A stretch of 63,329 nt of DNA, filler included, from Atractiella rhizophila (taxonomy: Eukaryota): NCBI GenBank assembly GCA_021432655.1. It is 17 parts of 17 records of this genome, joined end to end, with 100 filler letters (N's around TTAATTAATTAA, not from the genome) between each part and the next. Parts side by side here need not be neighbours in the genome. Positions count along the whole stretch, not along the records: positions 39,403 to 43,136 come from MU272507.1; positions 43,237 to 46,963 come from MU272508.1; positions 47,064 to 50,772 come from MU272509.1; positions 50,873 to 54,579 come from MU272510.1; 13 more parts are not named here. One strand, written 5' to 3'. Shown here in pieces: positions 39,303 to 52,031 of this stretch; position 1 is the first letter of the stretch; each line of letters opens with the position of its first letter. A program made the translations under genes and the position numbers. The notes under the pieces are model-generated. The model saw only the letters and a program-made list of their open reading frames with translations, was not told the origin of the DNA and made no database searches.

Positions 39303-40282
39303 NNNNNNNNNNNNNNNNNNNNNNNNNNNNNNNNNNNNNNNNNNNNTTAATTAATTAANNNNNNNNNNNNNNNNNNNNNNNNNNNNNNNNNNNNNNNNNN
39401 NNCTACAGCTGGATGGCTTTTAGGAGCAGTCTCTGTGATTTCTCCCACGTCCTACCATTTTCGGAATGTCAAATGTGTCCCTGGGCTCGAAACTTACCCC
39501 CAGTCCCCAGCCAGCTAGAACGCCTACTCCTTCATTTCAACTCCCTCACATCGCATTAGAATTTTCAAACAGTCCCAACGGGGTGAATACCAACAGTTTG
39601 TGCATTAGCTCCAAATTTCTAGGATGTCAGATTCGGACTTTCCACTATTCAGATTGGGTAACGGACCTTGAGTGGTCAGTCCACTAAATTGTGACTCATA
39701 TTTGCTTCCATGCTTGTAACGGTCTCCACCGCTGTCCACTCCAATCCAAAGAGTACGGTATATGCGAAGCAGGTTTGTTCTTCGTGTACTTTCCAATCCT
39801 TTGCCTCCAGCTGAACCATTAACCTTTCAGGTCATCCCTGCTGTGATTTGCGAAACCCTCGCCGAACATCTTTCATGCTTGCAAGGCCTCAGCATGAATC
39901 TCCATCATTCCCACTTGAAAGTCCTGACAACATCACCGTACTCCTCGAACTTGGAAGCCAGTCCAGCGTTGTCATTTGTAGTGTTGTGCTGAGGAGGTAG
40001 ATCCGGACGTATTGATGGCTCCCACTCCACCTGAAGAAGGAGAGGACGGAGAGGAGATATCGAATACTGTAGCGAGGAGAAATGGGCGGGGTCCACTTGA
40101 TCCAAAGCATGGAAAACGCTATAGGTTTGAGGGAAGGCTGGAACGAAAGAAGGTTGGAAGCAGCAAAGAGAGGGACAACGTCAGAACCCAATCGCCTTCC
40201 ACTGTGCACTCTTTTTACTGCCATTCCCAATCTCTATCTCCATCTCCTGTCCCTTGTGATAGCCGCTAGTAGGAGATTGGTT

Positions 40283-40516
40283 TGTTGATGCCTAGTATGT
40301 TTCGTACTCTGGTGCTGAGTTGTGTTATACCCTGTTGCCGTGCAGGATGTGAATCTTACACACTTATATACTCATCAAACCAGGATTCTAGAATAGTCAC
40401 GAAAGAGTAAAGTGGTAATAAAGTGAAAGCACAAGAAAAAGGAGCAAATCAGGAGAAATAATAACGACAACACGAAGTTAGTCGAGAACAATTACCACTC
40501 AAGCAAGATGGCAACA
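40283..40516. mobile_element. Possible short solo LTR
   Basis: TGTTG...CAACA termini with TATA-like and AATAAA motifs inside. Flanks do not form a TSD. Confidence 0.3.
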
Positions 40517-40959
40517 TGAAGTTGAACTGTAACTTATCCATCTGAGAGTAAGTCATAGGCTGCAGGTGTGGACGCACCATCATTTAGAGCTGGACAATCT
40601 TCACTTCCCTTAGTCGCGTTGTTCCCTTTTCTCTTGTCTTTGGTAGTGAATAGTTTGTTTTTTCTGACTTGCTTTTTTTTTTTCCTCACGCAATGGCGAC
40701 TTGTATGACTGATTTTCGTCAATCCCCAACCTGAACGACTTCCTCGAACGGAAAGAAGTTCAGAGAGGGCCTTTGTCGGCAAAATGATCGCCCCCACGCA
40801 GGCAAAAGATCGTTTGCGCTTTCAATGATGACCCAAAGGCCACCACTTCACTTTCACATCAGTTTTATCAACGATCCAATCACTTCAATTCTCAGCCCCG
40901 GAGGGGCTGCATCTAACCCATGTGGCCACCACTAGCAGTTGGATCCTTTCAGACTGTTT

Positions 40960-41115
40960 GGGGATGGTTCAGGAACTCCATGTTTTCTTTCTTCACCTTG
41001 CTGGATCCGATAGGTCTTACAGAGTGTTGGGGGATGGCAAGGTGCTTTTAAACCTCATTGACCCTCATTTTCAACTTGGCCACACCATCAGGCCACAACT
41101 TTTTTCAGCTCTCGC
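40960..41115. repeat. Dispersed repeat shared with 56465-56605
   Basis: TTTCTTCACCTTGCTGGATCCGA(T/C)AGGTCTTA(C/T)AGAGTGTT.GGGGATGGCA.GGTGCTTTT is present in both contigs. Confidence 0.8.
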
Positions 41116-41132
41116 ACTCAACCCCTGGAACG

Positions 41133-41517
41133 AGGTCATGTTTCTCGTACGAAAGGGTATGTCTTCTCATATGAAAAGATAGTTATCCACTCTGTAGTCG
41201 TGAAGTTATTTTTCTCGTATGGAAGGTTATGCTGTCTCGTACGAAAGGTTATTTTTCTTGTACGGAAGGTTATGCCCTCCCGTACGAAAGGTTATGCCCT
41301 CCCGTACGAAAGGTTATTTTTCCTCGATAGAAAGGTTATGCTGTCTCGTACGAAAGATTATGCCCTAGGTGATACTGCAGAAAGCGTTGCTCTGCAAAAG
41401 GGGCAAATAACCTCTCTTACGAAAGTATCGAGAAAGTGAATAACCACTCGTACGAAAGCGAAAGTATCGAGAAAGTGAATAACCTCTCGTACGAAGGCAT
41501 CCCCGGCGCAGAGCTGC
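41133..41517. repeat. 21-22 bp tandem array with a palindromic TCGTACGA core plus inverted copies (transposon subterminal-like)
   Basis: About 9-10 units of GGTTAT-N4/5-CTCGTACGAAA, then three inverted ATAACC-N2-TCGTACGA-type units, ending in ..GCAGAGCTG. Confidence 0.85.
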
Positions 41518-43236
41518 TTAAATATTCAGAATGGTTCTTTACCAACAGGCAAATCCATCCGGGAGTCACATTAACCCACTAGCTGTCTGAGAACGACACC
41601 ATTTAGCTAAGGGTTACTCATTGTCATGGAGATTGATCCCCAAACGGAGGGTAAAGCTGCGGATGCACTGGAAATGGCCTTCACAGGTTTCCAACCTCCA
41701 GCATTGCAGTCTCCGTCAATTGTACTTTTTCCTAGTAATACCAATCAACCAGCTATAGAGGAGAGAACAGAATGGGCCACTAGTATCTGGCATGCTAGAG
41801 CAGAACCATGCTCTCAGGTTTCCCAGTTGTACATATTGAAGTATTAAAAATATCATTGGCTTTATACCCTAACGTTCAGCGCTCAAACCTGAAAAATAGT
41901 AAAGTGAAATGCGGAAACTTTGAAGAGACACAAAAGAAGAATATAATCAAACGATAAGTAAATCATTAAATGATACTGCAGCATCGATCAACACCAATGC
42001 CCCAGAATGCAACAGCCGACTGTAAGAACTTTGCAAAGCAGCAGTGCATTCACAGAAAGCAGCAAAGTAACCCATGAAAATCCTGAAGCTGTCATTAATT
42101 CGACATACAGTAAGAAAAAGGTACCAGTTTGTACTAGCTGCAGCATTGTCGTATGGGATAGCAGTCTGGGCATATGGTGACAGATAGTGCGAAGGGTGAG
42201 GCTGGAACTGCTGCTGACTGGGGTTCGGAGGGAGAAAGTGTGGTGAAGGGAAGGGATATGGAGACTGAATTGTATAATTGAGTTGCTGTTGAAGAGGGTA
42301 ATCAGAAAGTGGCACCGGAGCAGCAGAAGCTGGGTCTGTCGGCCGTGTTTCTGCTGGCGTTACTTCCACTCCAACAGGAAAGGGTTGTTGGAAATGTCCT
42401 GATTCCACGTTTTCGAATGTTTCAACCGATCCTCCAATGGCTTGGATATTTTTGATATCTTCAGTTAACAGTTTCGGAAAGTCCTGTAGGAAAGGTGGTT
42501 GAGGAAGATGGTAGAGATGTGCTTTAAGATGAGGATGACATGATGCAGTGACAGCGGCAGCTTGTTGGAGTTCTCTCCCCTTAGAGCCACCTTGGTCACC
42601 GTCGGAAACAGGAGTCTCAAGACGGCCACGGACTGATTTTAAGACCTAACAAGTGTTTAATCCAGCTGTAAGTGAAGTGGAAAGAGCGTTCGCAAACCTC
42701 CACAAAAGATGTATAACTATTGGAGTTTGATCTGCTCGATGTACCTGGATCCTCTGACAAGGACGATTACTTTAAATCTCCCAACAGAGATAAACTCACC
42801 ACTACTCTTGACCTGTACACTGTCTAGCAACAATTTGATTGCTGTTGCCACTTGCGTAACCAAATGATGGAGATTCTGCCCAGGAATTTGATCTGGTACG
42901 AAAATGTCCTCTGCAAGGAGTAGCGTCCTTCTTTTCTCTTCGAGTATTGACGGCGGGACACCGTTTTCAATTGATTCGAACATGTCGGCCAAAAGAACGA
43001 CGGTTGCAGCGAAGGCATTGGTACACGTGCCTGTTTTGTGGCGCAATCAACAAACATGCTGAGTTGAAGGACGAAGCTTACGGGACGTGTGATAATGTTT
43101 CTGATGTGCGATGTGTACACTGAGTTAAGAGAAAGANNNNNNNNNNNNNNNNNNNNNNNNNNNNNNNNNNNNNNNNNNNNTTAATTAATTAANNNNNNNN
43201 NNNNNNNNNNNNNNNNNNNNNNNNNNNNNNNNNNNN

Positions 43237-43900
43237 TGAAAGGAATGAAAGACACACTTTTGGAATAGCACCCTTGAAAGTATTGACCTCATCTTCGAAA
43301 TATTCGTCCTCCGCCCTCGCCTCATCATCATGAACGGTTCCAAGCTTTTCTCCGTTACACACTCTTGATAATTTATCTTTCCCTTCTTCTTCTTCTTCCC
43401 GTGTCCATCAGCCTTAGCCCACACACCTAGAGAATCGTGCAGCGCAAGGACGGCAAGGTGAATGATACGTGGGAAACAGCGTATGCGTCGTTCCTTTGGG
43501 TCAAATGGAATGCCTTGTGAAACAAATCTTTGAGCAGGGTGATCATCATGCTATCATTATTAGATGCATTATCTGAAGTGATACAGCCGATCTGTTCTAT
43601 CCATCAGTATATACGGTGTAAATTCAAGCTGTAACTGACCTTATGAATGATGCCAAAGTTCGTAATACACCTCCACACTGCCTCTGCCATATTCTCCCCC
43701 ATGTGTGATCCTTGAAGCTCTGTGAAATCAAGCACAACTTCAACAACCTCCCAGTCCTTGTTGATGTAAGTAGCAGTGGTGCAGAGAAAGGGGAAGCCAT
43801 TTTCAGAGGTCGACGCATCGAGAGCAAGGTTGGCAGTTGTGTCTGCTTCCTATGCCAGATATCAATATAATAATAAGATTGAGTGAAAAAATGGTGTCAC
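43237..43900 (-). mobile_element. hAT (Ac-like) transposase pseudogene fragment
   Basis: LALDASTSENGFPFL...YINKDW..LDFTELQGSHMGENMA, IGCITSDNASNNDSM, then a frameshift, then FDPKERRIRCFPRIIHL (CxxH altered to CxxR). Confidence 0.85.
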
Positions 43901-46510
43901 TCGGTCGTCCATCTGATCAAGCGTTCGTATAGAACACTGCCCATCTCTTGTTAGGCAAAAAGTTAGAGGTCGAAGCTCGCAGCATCCCAATATCACAAGA
44001 GTGCCAACGCAAACCTAGGAAGCAAAATAGTGAAGTGTTTCCTCAAAACACCTTTTCTGCAAACATAATGTTCTCAGCTCTCAGCTCTCGAGATCTCAAT
44101 GATCTCAACATTGGGCCTCTTTAGCCTGGAAGCCAGTCGGATATCCGATTTTTATATTCTGAACATGTATTTCGCAGTCAACAAATCTTGTCACCATTTC
44201 AAGCAACGCCAACGCAACTTGAATTCGCCGGTCGCCGAGGGGCATTTCCTTATCGCAACTATTTATTATCATGATCACAAAACAACCAAATGATCCGATT
44301 ATAAAATTATTTTCTGACAGCTGAGTTCGTCCTAATTTCACTTCGTCCTCGCGGATTTGGTCCAAAACCGTCTTTGGTTTCGTTGAAATACAGCCAGCTG
44401 AAACCATGCGATCAAAACACGCAGATATCCAGCGATACTTTTACCTTGCAAATATCAGGATAGTGTTTCCGGTTAATGCGGTCATACAACTTGTGGTTTT
44501 GAAGCTTCCAGCCCTGCCAAAAGCAAACGCCAAGGTCTTTGGCAGATTGAGTGATTGTCGCTGCAATCGTTATGATTTTTGAGCTGTAATGACTTTCCAG
44601 TCGACAGTGGATGATTCGGCTAAGGTAAATGATGAGAGAATTGACAAAAGCAGATTTATACATGAGGTTGAGCAGGTCAGGGGGAAGGCTGACGAAAATG
44701 GGTTGGTGGCGGATCGATGAAATAAAACTTAGTGAAAATTATCCCCGTCATACAGTCGCTCCTTGAACGAAATCAAGCGCTGAAGAATCGCCCTCCCTCC
44801 TTGGAATGCAGTGTCAAATTGATCTGCCGTAGCAAGGGAGGTGCGAAAGGACTGCGGTTCACGGTCTAGGGTCGACACTTCATACAACCTACGCCGCAGC
44901 CCTTGTATCCATATTAGCGGAAGAGAAAGAGAGGCTCACTGCAGCCAGTCCACATACACAGAGGCTGTTTCCAACGAAGGGCCCAAACGTGGATTGCAGA
45001 AGCCAGTTCGCAAATGTCGGAACCCTCGCTCCGAAGGAAGCCGAGTGAAAGCAAAGTCGAGCGAGGACGATGGCGTAGGATTGCCCTGTAGAAGGTAAAC
45101 TCGTAAAGGTTTGGTTGGCAGAGGCCAGTGCTTGTTGTGCTATGTCGAAGACGAAGTTCATCCTTTGAGAAGTCGTCCCGTGACTGATCTCCCATAGAGC
45201 GGAAATAACCAAGGTGGGAAGGACAAGGTCGACATCGAGGAACACAACGGAGCTAACCAACGGAGCTAACCCAAGAAGACTCAAGAAGCATCAGAGATCT
45301 TTGATGTTTGGAATGTGCGATAGTAAGAAGATCAGGTCGATCAATTCATCTACTCAGATGGAGGGCAGCATAAGCCATCATGCCTATTCTAAGTTTCAGC
45401 TATGGCAGAAAGGTGTTCAAAACTTCTCTCACCGTCATAGAGTAGGGCACAATAGAGAGACTTTACGAACAAATCGAGCAGAAAGTTTGGTTGTTGAGGT
45501 TCAATGGCTTTGGACGTTGGGGCCAGAACGTCCAGAAAGTGTCGAATGAGACTGGCGTCCTGGACCGCTAACTGGATCGGGCGAAACTGAGGGAACATAG
45601 TTGCTTGCTTGTGAATTTCCGATGTAGGTTGATGTAACAACAAATAGGATCCTGATAAGGTCTCCGGTTGGTTTGCTGTGGAAGGCATTGCCAAGGGAAG
45701 GCAGTCTGGTTGCTCTTTTGGGGGACTGCACCGTTCTACCGCTGCTGTTGAGGAGCGAACACTGGCCGATATTAAAGCAAATTAACGAGAAATTAGGCGC
45801 CTTCCTTGCACCTACTGCCAGCTGCCTTACTTGCCTCTATTGGTCCATCGTGTATATTTTGTTGGGTTTTGAAGCTAGTTCTAGAGAGGATTGTCAATTG
45901 GATCGATAGTATAATGATATTGAGGTGCCAGGAGACTGGGTCTTTGCTATTGATGGTGTGGGATTGATAGAATCTGTGAGTGTAGATCCTGAATCGATTC
46001 GGTGTGGTGATGTGGCAGGAATGGGTGTTTTGGGGTGGGGAGTGTTGCATTGGCCGCTTTCGTGAGGTATTTGATGCAAAAATATGGTCTGAAGGATCGG
46101 GTTGTGCCACTACTCTCAGTTTGTCTTAACACTCTGTTAGTATCAAATGTAACGTACTAAATAGATACATGCATTGGTTGAGACTCTCCCATTGCATTGT
46201 GTGAATGGATTGTAGTTGCTCTGTGGCTAATTGGTCACTGAAAACAGGATTGTGTCCCATGAATGACAGATTTTGGGGTTACCCAGAGTGTAGTTGTGGA
46301 AAGCTTGCTGTAATTGACTGCTGAGGTCCGAAGAAAAGAGAAGGGAGGCTGGAGGTTGAGGGGACCGCTTCTGTTGTATGAGGTCATGATGGCTGCTGCA
46401 CTAATTGTTAGCAAGGAGCGGAGGAGGAGATAAAGTAATCGGAATGGTGAATTACACGGAGATGTAGTCTATTAGTACCTCCACCTCTTTTGCGTGGAGG
46501 TTTGTTCTTC

Positions 46511-46963
46511 TCAGCTTCCTCCTTCTCCCCTCCGCTTCATTTCCCTCATATTCGCCTTCACTTTTTTCTCTTGTTCCTTCTCCTCTTTCTTCTTGGCAGT
46601 CTCTGCTCTCTTTCCTGCAGTCTCCACTTTCTTGTGTGCTTCCCCAGCTGTTTTTTCTTTAGCTGCTTGCTCATTCTCCAACATCTTCCCATAGGCTTCT
46701 ACACCACTCAACAACCATGCTGTCGTCGTCAATTCTGTTTTCTTTCCTGGTTTCTTCTTTGACTCCAGAGCATTTTGCAATTGTCCATTCTCCCTTGTCA
46801 GCATCTCCACTGACGCTCTTAGTGCCCCTTCTCGATGTTGATCTTCACTCCGTACTGTATCCATTGCGGACAAGGCACGAAATAACAACATCGATGGGCT
46901 TTTGGCAGAGATGTGGATCCTCTGCCCCTCTCGATTGCGGAAGATGGTTAGTGGCTTCTTTGG
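46511..46963 (-). mobile_element. Possible pogo/Fot1-like transposase C-terminal coiled coil
   Basis: VEMLTRENGQLQNALESKKK...TTAWLLSG.EA followed by a K/E-rich helix, resembling tails of fungal DDE_1 transposases. Catalytic core not visible. Confidence 0.35.
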
Positions 46964-47063
46964 NNNNNNNNNNNNNNNNNNNNNNNNNNNNNNNNNNNNN
47001 NNNNNNNTTAATTAATTAANNNNNNNNNNNNNNNNNNNNNNNNNNNNNNNNNNNNNNNNNNNN

Positions 47064-47779
47064 TAGAAAAACAGACCCGTAAGGATATAAACCACAACAA
47101 TATGAGCCGCGATCCTCGTGTCATTATCCTTCGGAATGTTCCCCAACGTGAACTGATCTAATGCCTCTGCCGTCCCTCTCGCAGGGAACCCAATGGAGTC
47201 CACACACATGAGGATGGGCGTCGCGGTGAGGGAGAAGACGCCGAAGATGTGGATCATGAGTTTGAGGAAGCGGAGGAAGAGGTAGGCATCTAGACCGTTC
47301 GTGCGGATCACGTCTTCTGGTGGAGAAGCTAGGAGGGCGATTATCCATCTCCAGGGACCGGAGGGGAGGGGTATTGCCCGTTTGCTGGAAAGGCATGATG
47401 GTTAGATGTTGATTCGTGCGTTTGCGAGAAGAATGGTTGGTATCACACTTGTTGAGCAGAAACAGGATCACACAACAAGGAATCCATCAAGAAACGATGC
47501 AAGGAGTGCATATACAAAGAAAGAAGCGGAAGAACAAAGAGGAGGAAGAAGAACGCACTCAGGAGGAGGCAGATAGCTTCTAGGACTGTAAATCCTGCTC
47601 AAGCGATCCTTCAACAACACAAACACGATCACCTCGACCGCGAGTATTGCGCCATTGATGGCGAGCGCTGTGAGGAATGTTTCTGTGTCCCATGCAGTAT
47701 TAATATGCAGTCGATAAGTGATTGAGCGAGAATACGCACCCGTGGTGGCATTCTTTGAGTCTTCGGAGGCTGCTGACAT
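47064..47779 (-). CDS. CSC1/OSCA/TMEM63 (RSN1/PHM7-like) channel, N-terminal part
   Basis: TFLTALAING...FVLLKDRLSRIYSPRSY, W.W......D.IRTNGLDAYLFLRFL and LDQFTLGNI....RIAAH. Confidence 0.9.
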
Positions 47780-50700
47780 GTGCCTTGGGGTATACACTCA
47801 GTGCAAGCTGAGCAGGGGAGGTATACTGTATGCTGATGCTGAGAGAGTGCTGAGTCGCTGAGATGAGATGAGACGCTAAAAAGAGTGAAATAATGAAAAG
47901 GAAAAGAACAACGTCACATTGTTCCAATCGTCTTGGCCGCATTTCTCAATCTGCATCTTTAGTATCGTACTACAGAGACTCGCCTTGATAAATATCAATT
48001 ACATAAATATCAATTACTGCTGGGAGAGAAGTAGAAAGATCCTTAGAATCCTGCTAGAATCCCAATTCAATCTCATTAGCAAAACACTGTTGCTGCAAAG
48101 CCCGCCGTGAGCAGCTAGATTCAGGATGACGCTCGATGAGACAACCTGTGAATGTGAGTTGACAGGTCTCAAGGCAGGGAACGCTCAGGGAGAAGTTTCG
48201 TTTTCCTATCGAAATGCCATCTTCATATGTATTTTTTGTCGCGTCCTCTCGTGTCCGAATTTAGGATGAGGAACGTTCTGGTTGTTTTGCTGGGGCGACA
48301 TACCAGTGTATGTTTAGGAGCCTCTCCGAGAAAGGGCTAGGAAATAAGTGACCAAATAGGTTCTTTCAACTCAGGTAATAAAATATATAATTTTCTCTGA
48401 AGGAAAATTTTGATATTTATGAGGCCCGGAATTGGGTGAAAGACCTCGATCCATCTATCTATGCATGGAAATTCGCACATTATTGATACCCTTGCACTAT
48501 TTACTACAAAGCAGCCTTTGGGCTTATCTTTTCGCTCCTGAATCTGCTGTGTTCCCATTGCTGGTATTTCTGTAGAGAGATAGCTCTGGAACGCCAGATG
48601 TTCTTTCACTCACCAGAAAACATGGCTCGACCCTTCAAGTCCCCAGAGTGTTGGACATCTTCAATGTATAATGGCAAGACTTCCCCGTCATGAGGAGGTA
48701 ATCAAGGCAGAGACGCTCGATACTTGCGACCTAGCGGAGGAAAGAACGGTAGAGCTAGCTGCTTCTGCCGTGAAATGGTTCCCAGATCAGCTTGCTGTCG
48801 TTTCTGATACTGTTTTCGGGACGAATTCCTCCTCACCGGTTCCTCTGTGGCACCCATTCTTCGAGCATCATGAACCGCCAAGAGACGCCAACGAGTTTGC
48901 CAAATGCATCTCAAAGGTTCGGTCATTGCACTTGGTGTCATCGCTCGTTATTGAAACTTTTTCACTTATGTAGAGAACGACGAATTCCTCTCTATCAACG
49001 TCAGTCTATAGCCCATCGTTCTTTAAGCTTGTTTTTGTCTGATTTGACCGTCACTGTAGGCCCAAGTCTCAAGGCAATGAGGATTCAAGTTGCGAAACCC
49101 TTTGGCAGAGTTATCATTTACTCACAACAAGCTTAGGAGGAGCTCCTGGAAGCATTAGGTACAGGTTGGTCTGAGAAAGAGGGAACATCTAACGACTTAG
49201 TATAAAAGTAAAGTTGTTGATGGTGTAGGCTCTGAAGTTTTCTAAAACAAAATCATTGTCATGAGAGACCATCAAACAGAACTTAGGCCCAACAGGTTTC
49301 CCACATATTTTGGATCATCCTTGCCAACCGCCAACCAGAATGCGAGAACGAATCCCATTGACGAAGAACTAATTCCGGGCTGCTTCTCGAAATTCAACAG
49401 CGACTCTATCACTAAATAACAAGCGGAACCCGCCTCAACAAATCTATCCCCTTTTCGTCTAGCAACAAGCCTTTTCAAAGCTCGCGGCGCACTCTCGCTT
49501 CAGACAACATGCAGATTTAGATTCAAAGTCAATTCATCCCTTCAGCAGGCAAATCAATGCGTCCTGCCGGGAAAAGCTCCAAACTCCTTGAGCAAGCTCA
49601 TCCAACCTGTCGAATCTGCTTCACCTCGTATCGAAATTGCAGATAGAATGAGCCCGGTAACGAAGGGATAGGGAGAAGGGGCTTCTCCTTCGCATATCAG
49701 TACTCTTAGATCGCGAAATGTGGTCTGCTATGCTTTGCACGCGACGGAACAGTTTCATGCCGCCGCAAAGAAACGGATCTAAAGACTTTGATCTTTCCAA
49801 TAGCCGCTCGAAGCTTGAAGTCCAGTTTCCAAAAACTCTGCGGATTATAGATCCATAATGCGGGCAATCCTTTTTTTGATAATCTCCTGATCTACCGCTT
49901 AAAAGTGTTCCGTACTTCTGTTCATCCCACTGCACGAGGAAGAAACATGAACATCAACTTGCTCGATAAAGGAACTTATCGCTCATAATACGTGTGCGAG
50001 TACATAGCGGTGGGGGACATCATCATCCGTTAACGGTGAAAAGGTAACACGAAAATATCCCACGACGTAAAATACTCAAAAGAGCAAGTCCATGTATCTG
50101 ACACACTGGTTGCTCGGTTGCGATGGAGAGCTAATGGACACAAAAATCATTGATTGATGAACTGGATACATCATTTTCTAGGGGTTCGATCACAATTGAA
50201 GGATTTTGGTCCACTTCAGTGTCATAGAGTGAGTCGAGTCGTGTAGTCGGCGCGTTGCTCTCACGTTGACTCAATCGGGGGAAGTTGAATAGGCAGCTGA
50301 GGTCTCCAAGCATCTAATGACAGAATAATCTGGTGTGGAAGACTGGTTGTGCTGCCAGGGTCAATTGGAACATTAATTTCCCTACGTCTCTCCGACGAGG
50401 CATGGTGTCTGCTGGTGGGCATTGAATGATGTTCACTTCTCTGAGGTTCTTATATCCTCCTTCCAACAGTTCGGCAGCACCTCACTTTCTGTGGGATCCA
50501 ACTATCAAGTGCGAACCCGTATGTCATAGTTATGATTACTCGTTAACTTCGCTGATCTTCATTCTAGCACATATTCAGCATCCACTTTTACAAATTACAC
50601 CACCATGTAAAGAAAGCTGTTGGGTTCTTCAGTAATGTTTGCTTTACAAGAACGCAATGGTGTACAGTTAACAACATTTTGAACACAAGATATCAGGTTA

Positions 50701-51515
50701 AATGGTTGTCAAACGTAGAACCAGATGGAATAGGAAAAGTGATGCTCAACGGAGAACAAAATACATGCCCCCNNNNNNNNNNNNNNNNNNNNNNNNNNNN
50801 NNNNNNNNNNNNNNNNTTAATTAATTAANNNNNNNNNNNNNNNNNNNNNNNNNNNNNNNNNNNNNNNNNNNNTGCCTGTGCTGTCTAAATGCACGAAGAG
50901 CTTTACAATAATCTTTGTGAGCTTTACAGTACAGCTCTTAAATCGGGTGGAAATCAAGGACTTCCATTCTCCCTCAGACAGCAGACCAGAATACCAAACT
51001 CACTTCCGCGCCTTGACCTCTCCCAACAATTCCGTCGTCTCGAAATAAACATCGCTTTCCACGCCATACACTTCCCTGACCTCCTCCAGCAAATGCATAG
51101 CATCCAATATTGGTGATCCGTTGGTATGCGAATCCTCAGTCATAGCCTTGTGGAAGGAGGACCTCGCGCTGGGCGAACGGATTGCTGGATCGAGAATTGG
51201 TGTCGGCGCGCTGTTGGGGGGAAGAGAAGTGGTGGCCATGTTGTTTCTGGCAAAAGCGTCTGTTGAGACGAGAGTGTTAACGTGATGAAGGGCTGTTTGT
51301 CGAGGTTTCAACTGTTTACCTGCACTCTGGCGGGCGGAAGGGGAGCCGAGGGAGATTCCCTCCGACAACAAATACACACAAGACAAGAATAAGTATTATT
51401 ATGTACTGGATCAACGAGCTCTCCCTCTGTAAGTCGATCCTTACAGTTTAGCTATTGTGGTATTTGTTTCCAGTGGTGCCCCTATCACCGTGCTCCTTTA
51501 GTGAAAGTTTAATTA

Positions 51516-52031
51516 TCATGGTCGTACAAATTTCGGCGCTTCTTCCCCCCCAGTCATAATCTTTACTACCCAGCCGACTTCCACATACGCACGAGCGTGC
51601 TTGTCGTATTCTCGAGGCATCTCATTCAATAACCCATAAATTATTCCGCCTGCCCACCAAGGAGACACACCTAATGGGTCCTTTGGGCGAGAACCTGCCC
51701 ACCGAGTTGATTCAAAATGACCCGCTCCAAACCGCCACATCAGCTTGTTTTGGTCCGGGACGGGATTTGTCTCTCCAAAGAAGCGATATTTTTCTGAGGA
51801 TTCTTCGTCTAACAAAGTGTGTAAGGCATCCACCTCTTGAGTGGTGAAAAATTCTGGAAAGGCAGCCGCCAGAACAACCTGCCGAACTCTTCGAGATCCC
51901 AGGATGGGCAATCCGTCACGCCGCTGCCAAACGATGCCTGTTGAACATTTGAGCATCAAATAGTTGCAGGGTCGGCGCACCTTTAGCCTCTTTTCCACCC
52001 AGAAATGGCATCTGGTTTTTTCCAAGTTCAT
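51516..52031 (-). CDS. Hypothetical protein, probable last exon
   Basis: 171-codon open frame with globular composition, preceded by a likely intron. No family recognised. Confidence 0.35.
   Translation of the reverse strand: MNLEKTRCHFWVEKRLKVRRPCNYLMLKCSTGIVWQRRDGLPILGSRRVRQVVLAAAFPEFFTTQEVDALHTLLDEESSEKYRFFGETNPVPDQNKLMWRFGAGHFESTRWAGSRPKDPLGVSPWWAGGIIYGLLNEMPREYDKHARAYVEVGWVVKIMTGGEEAPKFVRP

Noticed and set aside
41133..41517. CRISPR array
   Set aside because: Units abut with only 4-5 variable nt, there are no unique spacers and no cas genes, and the DNA is eukaryotic.
48671..50313. Genes in the short ORFs on either strand
   Set aside because: No consistent splice model or recognisable domain could be built.
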